DNA from: Candidatus Nomurabacteria bacterium
GTDB lineage: Bacteria; Patescibacteriota; Minisyncoccia; Phycocordibacterales; SBAW01
Length of the DNA stretch: 64,000 nt
NCBI GenBank assembly: GCA_943356495.1
Contig: CALRFF010000002.1
Location: forward strand, 165,875 to 229,874
Reading direction: 5' to 3'
Part shown: one piece after another, positions 1 through 10,544 of the stretch
Layout of the letters: each line of letters opens with the position of its first letter
Position numbering within the stretch: the first letter of the stretch is position 1
Made by a program: the position numbers and the translations under genes
Notes under the pieces: model-generated
The model's input: the letters and a program-made list of their open reading frames with translations, nothing else
What the model was told of the DNA's origin: nothing
Database searches by the model: none

Positions 1-703
1 CGGCTCGTTTGCAGGCAATACCACAGAGCACCGTTTTACCGAAGCGGAGCGTTTTCGCAAGTCGGAGTACTTGTACGCGGAAGAAAAGCGCATTGCGGAG
101 GAGTATTTGGAAGAGCGGTATGCGGCCCGCGCTAATACTAATGTGGCGGTTGCGATAGTGCGTCCGGCCGCTATTACAGGGCCCCGAGGACGTTTTATGC
201 GTATCCGCTTTGGTTTGCAGGCGACGCTTTCCGGACAAATGAAGGATTCTTTTGTATATCGGCTAGTTTCCGCGATGGTGTCGTTTGTGCCTATTACACC
301 CAAGTGGCTGCGGCAGTTTATCCATGAGGACGACGTTGTGGGTATTACAGAGCGTTTGGCGTTCGGGCCGGGCATCGTCGGCTACGAAGCGTACAACATA
401 TGCCCGCCGGGTGATGTGGTACACGGCAAAGACATGGCAAAAGCGGTGGGTAAGCGCGTGTTGCCGGTCTGGCCGTGGATGGTGCGCCTGCCGTTTTTTG
501 TATTTTGGCATCTTACGCGTGGCAAGATCCCAACTGGCAAAGGTGCGTGGCGTGGGTACTCTTATCCGATAGCCGTGGACGGCTCTAAGCTTACGCGGAT
601 GCTCGGGTACCGGTACCGGCATAACTCCTTTGATGCGTTTTTTTATACCGACGGGAAGTATGAGTCGTATGTGCCCGCAGAAAGCCGTCGCCATAACGCA
701 TGA
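1..703 (+). CDS. NAD-dependent epimerase/dehydratase family protein (5'-truncated by window)
   Basis: Frame is open from position 2; YxxxK (YAEEK) and the IVRPAAITGP and QFIHEDDV extended-SDR motifs. Confidence 0.75.
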   Translation, partial: GSFAGNTTEHRFTEAERFRKSEYLYAEEKRIAEEYLEERYAARANTNVAVAIVRPAAITGPRGRFMRIRFGLQATLSGQMKDSFVYRLVSAMVSFVPITPKWLRQFIHEDDVVGITERLAFGPGIVGYEAYNICPPGDVVHGKDMAKAVGKRVLPVWPWMVRLPFFVFWHLTRGKIPTGKGAWRGYSYPIAVDGSKLTRMLGYRYRHNSFDAFFYTDGKYESYVPAESRRHNA

Positions 704-1455
704 TTATCGACGGCAAGAAAATAGCCGAAGAAATTATCGTCTCGCTCGAGCAGGAGCGTGCCGCGTTTGGCCCGCTTAGCCTCGGTGTATTGATGAGCTC
801 CGGCGATGCCGCCACGGAGTCGTTTGTAAAAATAAAATCCCGCGTGGCCGCGCGGCTGCAGGTTGATGTAAGACTGTTTAAGCCCGATGAGCTCGAGCAA
901 GCACTGCAATGCGACGGTATTATCGTGCAGATGCCTATAGATAACGCCGAGGCGTTGATTGCGGCACTGCCGCGCGAAAAAGACGTCGACGCACTCGGCG
1001 AGCGGCCGTTGGTATTGGCGCCGGTTGCCGCGGCTATTGCCGATTTGTTTGTACGGCACAGCATAACCGCCGCCGGTACAAAAGCGGTCGTAGTAGGTGC
1101 CGGCCGTTTGGTAGGAGTGCCGGCCGCCGCACTGTTGCGCGACTTGGGTGCCGAGGTTGAGGTAGTGACAAAAAATGACGGCTCACTCGCGGGTCTTAAA
1201 GACGCCGACATTGTGATACTTGGGGCAGGCGAGCCGGGGATAGTAAAGCCCGAGATGCTAAAAGAGGGCGTTGTGTTGATAGACGCAGGCACGAGTGAGG
1301 CAAGCGGCCGCATCGCCGGCGACGCGGACCCGCGCTGTGCGGAAGTCGCATCCGTATTTACCCCCGTGCCGGGCGGCATCGGCCCTATTGCCGTTGCGAT
1401 GATTTTTAAAAACTTGTTTGCGTTAAAAAAAGCAAAAGAAAACTCCGACCGTTAG
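700..1455 (+). CDS. folD: Bifunctional methylenetetrahydrofolate dehydrogenase/cyclohydrolase (compact form)
   Basis: MIIDGKKIA, GIIVQMP, EKDVD, VLIDAG, TPVPGGIGP motifs. Confidence 0.9.
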   Translation: MIIDGKKIAEEIIVSLEQERAAFGPLSLGVLMSSGDAATESFVKIKSRVAARLQVDVRLFKPDELEQALQCDGIIVQMPIDNAEALIAALPREKDVDALGERPLVLAPVAAAIADLFVRHSITAAGTKAVVVGAGRLVGVPAAALLRDLGAEVEVVTKNDGSLAGLKDADIVILGAGEPGIVKPEMLKEGVVLIDAGTSEASGRIAGDADPRCAEVASVFTPVPGGIGPIAVAMIFKNLFALKKAKENSDR

Positions 1456-1468
1456 GTCGGAGGTGTTG
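1439..1468. terminator. Probable bidirectional intrinsic terminator between convergent genes
   Basis: aaaa-ctccgacc-gtta-ggtcggag hairpin. Confidence 0.6.
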
Positions 1469-1469
1469 C

Positions 1470-2306
1470 TTAACCCGGCATCATGACAGGGCGCGGGACG
1501 AAGTATTTGTCGAACTCGTTGAAGGGTATTTCGTAGTTGAAGCCCGGCTCGAAGTCCTTCATGTTGAAGCGCGAGTCGTCGAAACGATGCGTGCCCTGAA
1601 AGTCGACGAAGGTCACCATCGCGAAGCGTTCGCTGGCCGACGACTCGGTCGGCACGACTTGGTGCCACAGAGCCTTGAGCTGGCCCTTTGAGCGGTGCTG
1701 CAACCCCATGCTCGGGAAGATGATGGTCCGCTTTTCGCTCACGGGCCACTCCTTCCACACACGTTCGTGGAGGTCGAGGTATTGGCCGCCCCCCTCGGTT
1801 TCGCCGAGATGGAACGTAAACCCGCCGCGATCGCCGTGCTTGTTGGCCAAGATAGGCTTGTTTTTGGGATACCGCAGATACCGGAACGTCCAGTAATCCT
1901 GGCTTTGCATGACGTCGTCCTCAAAGCCGGGGATGCCGTAACGCTTTTCGACCTCGCGAGCAAAGATCTGCACCACGGGGCCCATCCGGTACAGCAACAC
2001 ATCGACCGCCTCAATGAAGTCGGTCGCGCGCTTGTCGCCGACGAGTTGTGCTTTGGGCAGAAGCTCCGGATAGTTCGCCCGCAGAGCATGAAATAGCTCT
2101 TTTTCATCGGCGTTGGGGCCGGCGTCTTGCCGACACATGTAACCGAAATCTTTGATGCGGTCGCCGCCGGAGAGCAAACGCTTTTGCTCTATTGGCAGCG
2201 TGCAGAACGCTTTCCAAGACTCCATAGCTTCGCCTACCGCATCGCGCAGAAGGATAGGGTAGTCAAACGAGACGAACCCGTTTGTATCGAGTGTACGCAC
2301 GTCCAT
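1470..2306 (-). CDS. 2-oxoglutarate/Fe(II)-dependent oxygenase (IPNS-like)
   Basis: HGD (HxD), distal WHQV, and RFAMVTF motif; N-terminal DIOX-like region; start ATG 2306 after AAGGAG. Confidence 0.75.
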   Translation of the reverse strand: MDVRTLDTNGFVSFDYPILLRDAVGEAMESWKAFCTLPIEQKRLLSGGDRIKDFGYMCRQDAGPNADEKELFHALRANYPELLPKAQLVGDKRATDFIEAVDVLLYRMGPVVQIFAREVEKRYGIPGFEDDVMQSQDYWTFRYLRYPKNKPILANKHGDRGGFTFHLGETEGGGQYLDLHERVWKEWPVSEKRTIIFPSMGLQHRSKGQLKALWHQVVPTESSASERFAMVTFVDFQGTHRFDDSRFNMKDFEPGFNYEIPFNEFDKYFVPRPVMMPG

Positions 2307-2447
2307 GCGAGTACTCCTTCGCTTCAAATATCAGTCTGCTCTCAGTATGAGCCCGCCTCGGCAGGGCAAAAGGGGACAACCTGTGGATTACTGGTGGATA
2401 GCTCAGCCGCATTGCCCAAAGGGCTCATTTTTGGTAAGGTAGGCGTC

Positions 2448-3770
2448 ATGTTTGCCATACGGTACGGGGCGGTGGTCGTACTCCTAGTCGCCGGACTGTT
2501 GGGCTTTTTTGTATACAGCACCAATAACCCCGACAGCCGTTTTGCGTTTAAGCTCGGCCTCGACCTTTCCGGCGGTACGCATTTGGTCTACAACGCCGAT
2601 ACGTCCAAGCTTGCGGGCGCCGACATTGCCGATTCTCTGGCGGCACTGCAGGCGGTTATCGAGCGACGCGTCAACGCCTTTGGTGTCGGCGAGCCGGTGG
2701 TGCAGGTACAACAGGGAGGTGCCTTGGGCGGCGGTCAGTACCGTCTTATCGTCGAGTTGCCCGGCATTACCGATGTTAACGAGGCGGTGCGACGCATCGG
2801 CCAGACGCCGACGTTGGAGTTTAAGCTCGTTAAAAAAGAGTTTGAAAATAATTTAGTCGACGCCAACAACGTGCCTAACCCGGAGGCGTTTACCGACACC
2901 GGGCTTACCGGCAAATATCTCTCAAGCGCGTCGCTGCAGTTTAGCGGCTCGACAGGGGTGGCCAGCCAGCCGGTGGTGCAGGTGACCTTTAACAACGAGG
3001 GTGCGAAACTTTTTGGTGATATTACACTGCAAAATAAAGGTAACCTCTTAGCGATATTTCTCGACGGCAACCTTATTTCTGCCCCGACCATACAAGACTC
3101 GATTACCGACGGTAAGGCGATTATCAGCGGCAGCTTTACCGCCCAAACCGCCAAAGAACTGGCGACCAACCTTAACCTCGGCGCACTGCCGGTGCCTATT
3201 GCTCTGGAGTCTACACAAACTATCGGTGCTACCTTGGGCCAAGAGGCCACCCGCGCTGGGCTTGTGGCCGGTATTATCGGCTTTATAGCGCTCGCGGCAT
3301 TTATGATTTTTTGGTACCGCTTGCCCGGCGTTGTGTCGGTGGTGTCGCTTTTTATCTACGTCGTGCTTATGCTCGCGCTCTTTAAACTTATGCCGGTGGT
3401 GCTTACGGCCGCGGGTATTGCGGCGTTTATACTTTCGGTCGGGTTGGCGGTTGACGCTAACGTGCTTATCGCCGAGCGCATGAAGGAGGAGTTGGCGGCC
3501 GGCGCCAAGCCCGAGGCGGCCATCCGCGAGGGCTTTAGCCGTGCATGGCTTGCCATACGCGACAGCAACGTCGCGCACATTATCGCGGCGGTTATTCTCT
3601 TTTGGTTTTCAACCTCGCTTATTAAAGGCTTTGCGTTGGTGTTCGGGCTTGGTGTAGTTATCTCGATGCTTTCGGCTATTACTATCTCGCGCACCTTTAT
3701 GCTGGCGCTCGGAGTCAATACCGACACCACACTGGGTCGCTTCCTGATGCGCTCAGGGCTTCGTAAATAA
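2448..3770 (+). CDS. secD: Protein translocase subunit SecD
   Basis: KLGLDLSGG, IERRVN, GALPVP, AVDANVLIAER motifs; true start probably ATG 2448. Confidence 0.95.
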   Translation: MFAIRYGAVVVLLVAGLLGFFVYSTNNPDSRFAFKLGLDLSGGTHLVYNADTSKLAGADIADSLAALQAVIERRVNAFGVGEPVVQVQQGGALGGGQYRLIVELPGITDVNEAVRRIGQTPTLEFKLVKKEFENNLVDANNVPNPEAFTDTGLTGKYLSSASLQFSGSTGVASQPVVQVTFNNEGAKLFGDITLQNKGNLLAIFLDGNLISAPTIQDSITDGKAIISGSFTAQTAKELATNLNLGALPVPIALESTQTIGATLGQEATRAGLVAGIIGFIALAAFMIFWYRLPGVVSVVSLFIYVVLMLALFKLMPVVLTAAGIAAFILSVGLAVDANVLIAERMKEELAAGAKPEAAIREGFSRAWLAIRDSNVAHIIAAVILFWFSTSLIKGFALVFGLGVVISMLSAITISRTFMLALGVNTDTTLGRFLMRSGLRK

Positions 3771-3774
3771 TTCT

Positions 3775-4674
3775 ATGAACATCGCAAAAAATCTTAAATA
3801 CTTTTTTATCCTGCCGGCGGCTCTTACTATTGCGTCGATATTGGCGCTTGCGCTGTGGGGGCTTAAGCCGGGCATCGACCTTTCCGGCGGGTCGCTCCTT
3901 GAGGTGGCGTACCCCGCGGGCCGCCCGCCGGTCGAGCTGGTGCGCTCGGCGGTCAATAACATCGGTCTTGGCGAAGTGCGCGTGCAGGAGAGCGGTGATT
4001 TTGATTACGTACTGCGTCAGCGTAATTTGAGCGAAGAGGAGCGCTTGCAGTTGCTGCAACCCTTGCGCAACCTAGGCGAGATGGAGGAGGTGCAGTTTAC
4101 CTCGGTAGGGCCGACGCTCGGCGCCGAGCTGCTCCACAAGGCATGGATAGCGATTGCGTTGGTGGTGCTGTGCATTATTGCGTTTATCGCTTTTGCGTTC
4201 CGTGGCGTGTCTAAGCCGGTTGCTTCGTGGAAGTACGGCATTGTGGCTATTGTCACGTTGCTGCACGACATTATTATCCCGGCAGGCCTTTTTGCGGCGC
4301 TGGGGCACTTTATCGGCGCCGAGGTTGACTCGTTGTTTATTGTGGCACTTCTGACTATTCTTGGTATTTCTATCAACGACACTATTGTCGTCTTTGATCG
4401 TATCCGCGAGAACTTGCGTCGCAACATCGACCACAATAAAAAAGAGGCGTTTGACGAGGTGGTGGGCCGCTCGATTATGCAGACGCTCGCGCGCTCTATT
4501 AACACCAGCCTTACGGTGGTGATTGTGCTTGTTGCGCTGTACTTCTTTGGCCCTGTAGCGACCCAAAACTTTGCGCTCACGCTTATTGTCGGCATGGTCG
4601 CCGGCACCTACTCGTCGATATTCCTCGCGTCTCCGCTCTTGGTGGCTTGGGAAAAATGGCAGAAAAAGAGCTAA
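3775..4674 (+). CDS. secF: Protein translocase subunit SecF
   Basis: GIDLSGG, SINDTIVVFDRIREN, GTYSSIFLA motifs. Confidence 0.95.
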   Translation: MNIAKNLKYFFILPAALTIASILALALWGLKPGIDLSGGSLLEVAYPAGRPPVELVRSAVNNIGLGEVRVQESGDFDYVLRQRNLSEEERLQLLQPLRNLGEMEEVQFTSVGPTLGAELLHKAWIAIALVVLCIIAFIAFAFRGVSKPVASWKYGIVAIVTLLHDIIIPAGLFAALGHFIGAEVDSLFIVALLTILGISINDTIVVFDRIRENLRRNIDHNKKEAFDEVVGRSIMQTLARSINTSLTVVIVLVALYFFGPVATQNFALTLIVGMVAGTYSSIFLASPLLVAWEKWQKKS

Positions 4675-4683
4675 ACTAGGCTC

Positions 4684-5229
4684 ATGATTATCGGGATTAC
4701 CGGCACCAACGGGGCAGGCAAGGGCACGGTGGTCGACTATTTGGTTAAGCAAAAAGGTTTTACGCACTACTCGGGGCGAGCTTTTATCACCGAAGAGATT
4801 TTGAAACGCGGTTTGCCGGTTAACCGCGACAATACTAACTTGGTGGGTAATGATTTGCGCAAAACATACGGCGCCGGTTACATCGCCGAACAGCAACTGG
4901 CTCGAGCACAGGCAAAGGGGGGCGATGCGGTTATCGAGAGTATTCGCGCCATTGGCGAGGCGGAGTTTTTAAAATCACAGGGAGCAAAAATATGGGGAGT
5001 CGACGCCGATCGTCGGGAGCGTTATGAGCGCAGTGTCATGCGAGGAACCGATTTGGATAAGATTTCGTTCGAGAAGTTTTGCGAGCAGGAGGATAGGGAG
5101 ATGGCTCAGACCGAAAAGTTTGATATGAACGTCCGCGGCGTTTTTGCCTTGGCCGACGTTATTTTGACCAACAACGGCACCCAAGAGGAGCTTTTTACCC
5201 AGGTAGAGGAAGCCCTGAAAATGGCCTGA
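4684..5229 (+). CDS. P-loop nucleotide kinase (dephospho-CoA kinase/adenylate kinase-like)
   Basis: IIGITGTNGAGKGT Walker A; VIESIR; ADVILTNNGT. Confidence 0.7.
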   Translation: MIIGITGTNGAGKGTVVDYLVKQKGFTHYSGRAFITEEILKRGLPVNRDNTNLVGNDLRKTYGAGYIAEQQLARAQAKGGDAVIESIRAIGEAEFLKSQGAKIWGVDADRRERYERSVMRGTDLDKISFEKFCEQEDREMAQTEKFDMNVRGVFALADVILTNNGTQEELFTQVEEALKMA

Positions 5230-5238
5230 ATAGGCCAT

Positions 5239-5266
5239 TTGACATCCCCTCGGGGCTGTATATACT
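5239..5266 (+). promoter_or_regulatory. Sigma70-type promoter of the 16S rRNA gene
   Basis: TTGACA-16 nt-TATACT about 300 nt upstream of 16S. Confidence 0.7.
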
Positions 5267-5514
5267 GTCTTTATTACTGCCACACGGCGGTTTTTTATTC
5301 GCCCGGACAGCGACTGGGGTGTAGGAGGCTTGCACGGTAGGGACAGTCGGTCATTGAAAATTGAATAAGAAGAAATTGTAAGAATTGATCACACCAAAGA
5401 CCTTTGCCGTACAAGCGGCGAAGGCAAGCAAGCAAAAGTATCTTCTTAAAAAGCTTTAGGAGAGTTTGAGAGAAGAAAACCAAGAGAAACCTGCCAGCCT
5501 AGCGGCTGGTTACA

Positions 5515-7223
<1,709 letters not shown>

Positions 7224-7348
7224 GGTAGTTTCTCACTTTTGCGGGTACTCAGTTTTTACAATCCACACCGCCCCTTTACACTAAAAGGGGTTTGGTGCTA
7301 TGGTCGAGTTAGACGCTTTCGCCGGTTCACCAAGCAGAGGAGAAGCGC

Positions 7349-7441
7349 ATGTCGGCCAGTCGCCGCCAACAGCCCACCGAATTTACGTGGCGGGTGCTTA
7401 TCTTCCACCTCAAGAGAACGAGGAGACTGCTCCGATCCTGA
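7349..7441 (+). CDS. Putative 30-aa basic peptide MSASRRQQPTEFTWRVLIFHLKRTRRLLRS
   Basis: TTTACA...TATGGT promoter-like site upstream, GAGGAG SD, strong terminator just downstream; could instead be an ncRNA. Confidence 0.4.
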   Translation: MSASRRQQPTEFTWRVLIFHLKRTRRLLRS

Positions 7442-7457
7442 TTTTTTATGAACGATG

Positions 7458-7492
7458 TCCCGACCGCGCTTTGCGGTCGGGATTTTTCTTTT
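7458..7492 (+). terminator. Intrinsic terminator
   Basis: tcccgaccgc-gcttt-gcggtcggga followed by a T-tract. Confidence 0.75.
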
Positions 7493-7586
7493 CTGTGGAT
7501 AACTGTCCTGCTTTTTCTTGTGCTCGTCGGCAATGGGTGCTAAAAATTACCATTAGTTGCACGAATTTCGGAGGGGGAGAAAAATA

Positions 7587-7877
7587 GTGGATTGTCCGCG
7601 CAAGGTTGAGCGCCGCGTTGGCACTCTGACATCCTTCAACACCAAGCCCGGCGAAAGCCACGCGTACGTGCGCGTAAAAGACACATTACTGCACGTGCCT
7701 ATCAGCGCGCGCGGAGTATTGCAGGACGACGGTCAGACCATTGTCCTGTGCGCTAACGGCGACCGTTACAATCCTCTTAAGCTGGGGAGCGCCATTGCTA
7801 TCGACTTGGTGTTCGATGCCGACGGCAAGAACCCCGCCCCGGGCCTTTGGGCCCCAAAACAAAAGCCGCAGCCCTAG
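7587..7877 (+). CDS. Hypothetical protein, possibly cold-shock/OB-fold-like
   Basis: GTG start after GGAGG; GTLTSFN...HAYV...LHVPIS resembles degenerate CSD strands; terminator at 7864-7897. Confidence 0.5.
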   Translation: MDCPRKVERRVGTLTSFNTKPGESHAYVRVKDTLLHVPISARGVLQDDGQTIVLCANGDRYNPLKLGSAIAIDLVFDADGKNPAPGLWAPKQKPQP

Positions 7878-7897
7878 CGCTGCGGCCTTTTTCTTTT
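7864..7897 (+). terminator. Intrinsic terminator
   Basis: gccgcagc-cctagc-gctgcggc followed by ctttttctttt. Confidence 0.65.
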
Positions 7898-7924
7898 GCC
7901 GTATTTTTGCTACTATCCCAGAAC

Positions 7925-7997
7925 GCGCGCTTAGCTCAGTTGGTAGAGCATTCGACTGATACTCGAAAGGTCCTAGGTTCGATCCCTAGAGCGCGCA
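7925..7997 (+). tRNA. tRNA-Ile(GAT)
   Basis: Cloverleaf: GCGCGCT/AGCGCGC acceptor stem, ttcga-CTGATAC-tcgaa anticodon arm, GGTTCGAT T-loop; CCA not encoded. Confidence 0.93.
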
Positions 7998-8032
7998 CCC
8001 GTCAGATCAGAAAAAGTATTCGTGTATTGAGT

Positions 8033-8114
8033 GGGCATGTGGCGGAACTGGTATACGCGTACGTCTCAGAAGCGTATCCCGTAAGGGTTGGGAGTTCGAG
8101 TCTCCCCATGCCCA
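8033..8114 (+). tRNA. tRNA-Leu(CAG)
   Basis: GGGCATG/CATGCCC acceptor stem, tacgt-CTCAGAA-gcgta anticodon arm, long variable arm ccc-gtaa-ggg; CCA not encoded. Confidence 0.93.
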
Positions 8115-8210
8115 CTCAGTGCAGGAACCGGTAGTGTCCCCATACTCGTTTTTGTAGTTTTAATCGGGCGTATACTTATAGCTAGTTATTACTAGTGGTC
8201 TTTTTTGTAT

Positions 8211-8813
8211 ATGAACAAAAAAACTAGAAGCCGTTTTATTGGTCTCGCGGTTATTGTCGGTTTTGCGTTGGGGTTGTGGTGGTTTATAGCGGTGGCGCCG
8301 AATATGGGCATGCCTACCGCGCAAACCGCAACAACTACGCCTGTAGTGCGTAATACCACTGCTTCGGCACCTAAGCCGGCGGGTGGCACCGATATTGTGT
8401 CCGTACTTGGGGGTATTACTAACGCAGGTACTTTTGCCTCGTACCTACGCACAACCGGCGTTGTTAAAACACTTACCGGAGCGGGCCCCTATACGGTGTT
8501 TGCGCCGACTGACTCGTCGTTTGCCCTGCTCGCTAAAGGCAGTATTAGCGGGCTCGGCGCCTTGGCGCAAAAGCGTCTTGTCGAATATCACGTAGTCTCC
8601 GGCAAATTACTCGATGCTGATGCGGTGTACAGCGGCATTTACTACGCTCTCTCGCGCGACGCACTTAACTTCTCGGTGCCGATTAACAGCGGCAAGGTCT
8701 ATATAAACAGCGCTACTGTTGTGGGGCAATACAAAGCCAGCAACGGCATCGTCTACATGATTTCCTCAGTCCTGTTCCCTCCGACCGCAAGTGTTACACC
8801 GACGCCGCACTAA
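8211..8813 (+). CDS. Membrane-anchored fasciclin (FAS1) domain protein
   Basis: N-terminal TM, Thr-rich linker, GPYTVFAPTD, YHVV, ASNGIVYMISSVL. Confidence 0.88.
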   Translation: MNKKTRSRFIGLAVIVGFALGLWWFIAVAPNMGMPTAQTATTTPVVRNTTASAPKPAGGTDIVSVLGGITNAGTFASYLRTTGVVKTLTGAGPYTVFAPTDSSFALLAKGSISGLGALAQKRLVEYHVVSGKLLDADAVYSGIYYALSRDALNFSVPINSGKVYINSATVVGQYKASNGIVYMISSVLFPPTASVTPTPH

Positions 8814-8834
8814 GTAGTTCTCTAGCGTAGATAT

Positions 8835-8864
8835 AAAAGACCCCAAGCTCGCGCTTGGGGTTTG
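8835..8864. terminator. Bidirectional terminator
   Basis: aaaaga-ccccaagc-tcgc-gcttgggg-ttt. Confidence 0.65.
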
Positions 8865-8868
8865 TCGT

Positions 8869-9063
8869 TTATCGTGCCGCGATAGTATTGGGGGACCCTT
8901 CGTCGTCATCGTTGTAGTTGGCCTGGGCCTGCTGTTGCTGACCCTCGTTCGAAAGGTTGTTAACGCCGGCCGCCCGACGGAGCATCTGGTCGGCCCGTAT
9001 CCGGACGGGTTGAGATGGTGGGTTGATGGGGAATACCTTCTTGGGGATCCTCTTTTCAGACAT
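8869..9063 (-). CDS. Hypothetical 64-aa protein
   Basis: Fills the gap between the two fasciclin genes and ends at the shared terminator. Confidence 0.45.
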   Translation of the reverse strand: MSEKRIPKKVFPINPPSQPVRIRADQMLRRAAGVNNLSNEGQQQQAQANYNDDDEGSPNTIAAR

Positions 9064-9231
9064 TTTCGTCTTCCACTTGTTTGAGTTGCCGTCGCCGCAC
9101 GCAGTACAAACTTATATAACCCTACAACACTTCTGTTACTGCATCAACCATGAGCGCTTCAGACTCCCTTCACGCGCTGTCTGTACAGTTGAGCTATTAC
9201 CCGCAGTTTTTAACACATCCAATATTATTTT

Positions 9232-9870
9232 ATGGACTCTAACAATACGTGGGGCTGGGTCGTCGGTGTCATTATTGTGCTGCTCGTCATACTGGGCCTT
9301 TGGTGGCTTGTAAGCGCCAACCCTGCTACCGACAATAACGGCATAGCGACTACCACTCCGCAGACGGCTACCACCACTAACACCGGCACCAACCCGGCGC
9401 CGGTCGTTTCAGAGACGCGCACTTCATCGACCGTCGCGGCAATCGCCGCAAGTCTCACCGGCTCAAGCAACTTCGAGGCACTTCTCGTCTCGACCGGCGT
9501 TGCCGCCACCCTTGCAGGCAAGGGTCCGTACACGCTCTTTATCCCGACCGACTCTGCTTACGCGAGCCTTACCCCCGGCACCCTTAGTCAGGCGACTGCC
9601 GCGCAAAAGAAGCGCATCGCACAATACGCGGTCGTCTCGGGCAAGGCGCTCGACATCGACGCGGTTAGCAGCGGCACCTACGCGGCGCTCTCCAAAGACA
9701 TGCTCAACTTTCAGGTCAACCTGCAAAAAAGCACGGTGATGGTTAACAGCGGTACCGCTATCCGCCAGTACAAGGCAAGCAACGGCATTGTCTACGTCAT
9801 CAACGCGGTGCTCGTGCCGCCGCAAACGGGCGCAACCACCACCGGCTCCACCGGCACCCCGCACCCTTAA
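9232..9870 (+). CDS. Membrane-anchored fasciclin (FAS1) domain protein, paralog
   Basis: TM, Thr-rich linker, GPYTLFIPTD, ASNGIVYVINAVL. Confidence 0.88.
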   Translation: MDSNNTWGWVVGVIIVLLVILGLWWLVSANPATDNNGIATTTPQTATTTNTGTNPAPVVSETRTSSTVAAIAASLTGSSNFEALLVSTGVAATLAGKGPYTLFIPTDSAYASLTPGTLSQATAAQKKRIAQYAVVSGKALDIDAVSSGTYAALSKDMLNFQVNLQKSTVMVNSGTAIRQYKASNGIVYVINAVLVPPQTGATTTGSTGTPHP

Positions 9871-10544
9871 GCCAACTCTTTAAGCGCTCGAATATCGTTG
9901 CTCCAACTCTCCCCGCTCCACCACTGGAGTGGGGAGAAGTTCGTTTTATAGAGCGCTTTCTCTCCGTATACGGTGCCAAGATAGTAATACTCCAGTCCGC
10001 GGTCTTTGGCGCCGCGGATAGCATCAAGCATGAGCCAAAGGCCAAGTGACTGTCGTGCATACGCTAGGTCATAAAAAGAAAACCAGTAATGCGCCATCTT
10101 ATCCTCTGCAACCTCTAGTACATAGGCAACCGTGCTACTGGAACTACTACGATATATCGTAGTAGTTGTGACACTTTTAAATACTTGTGCAAGACGCTCG
10201 CGCGGCATGGCGCGCTCACCGTGCTTTTGCGCAAAATAGGTTAAGCAAAAATCAACGGCGTCTTCCTTAGGTGGGCCGGACAATACCTCTTTGGTAAATT
10301 GCCCGTCAAACTTTTTAGCGATGCGACGATTTTCACTGGTTGGTTCAAATTTTGACAATACTACTCGGGCGCTCCGTGCAGAATAAAAAATATTATCGAC
10401 GCCAACAGCGCCGGAGTAGGGAAGATAGCCCCGCTCATATAATGATTCTAAAGAATCATCCCGTTCGCGCTCGCACCACATAGTCTCCGGTCGGGCTACG
10501 TAGATATCAAAGTCTTGCCGCGGTACCGCTGATAGTATTTTCAT
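9867..10544 (-). CDS. Arginyl-tRNA-protein transferase (ATE/Bpt)-like GNAT-fold protein
   Basis: SFYD...SLGLWLML...GLEYYYLG...YKTNFSP matches the ATE_C motif pattern. Confidence 0.7.
   Translation of the reverse strand: MKILSAVPRQDFDIYVARPETMWCERERDDSLESLYERGYLPYSGAVGVDNIFYSARSARVVLSKFEPTSENRRIAKKFDGQFTKEVLSGPPKEDAVDFCLTYFAQKHGERAMPRERLAQVFKSVTTTTIYRSSSSSTVAYVLEVAEDKMAHYWFSFYDLAYARQSLGLWLMLDAIRGAKDRGLEYYYLGTVYGEKALYKTNFSPLQWWSGESWSNDIRALKELA

Noticed and set aside
2127-2447. Long N-terminal extensions in the ORF track (secD from 2127, Mur ligase from 12247, secA from 56520, murB from 55304)
   Set aside because: They overlap other genes or structured intergenic elements; downstream ATGs with -10 boxes match the family N-termini.
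7494-7502. Replication origin
   Set aside because: Only single DnaA boxes were seen, with no cluster and no dnaA or dnaN nearby.
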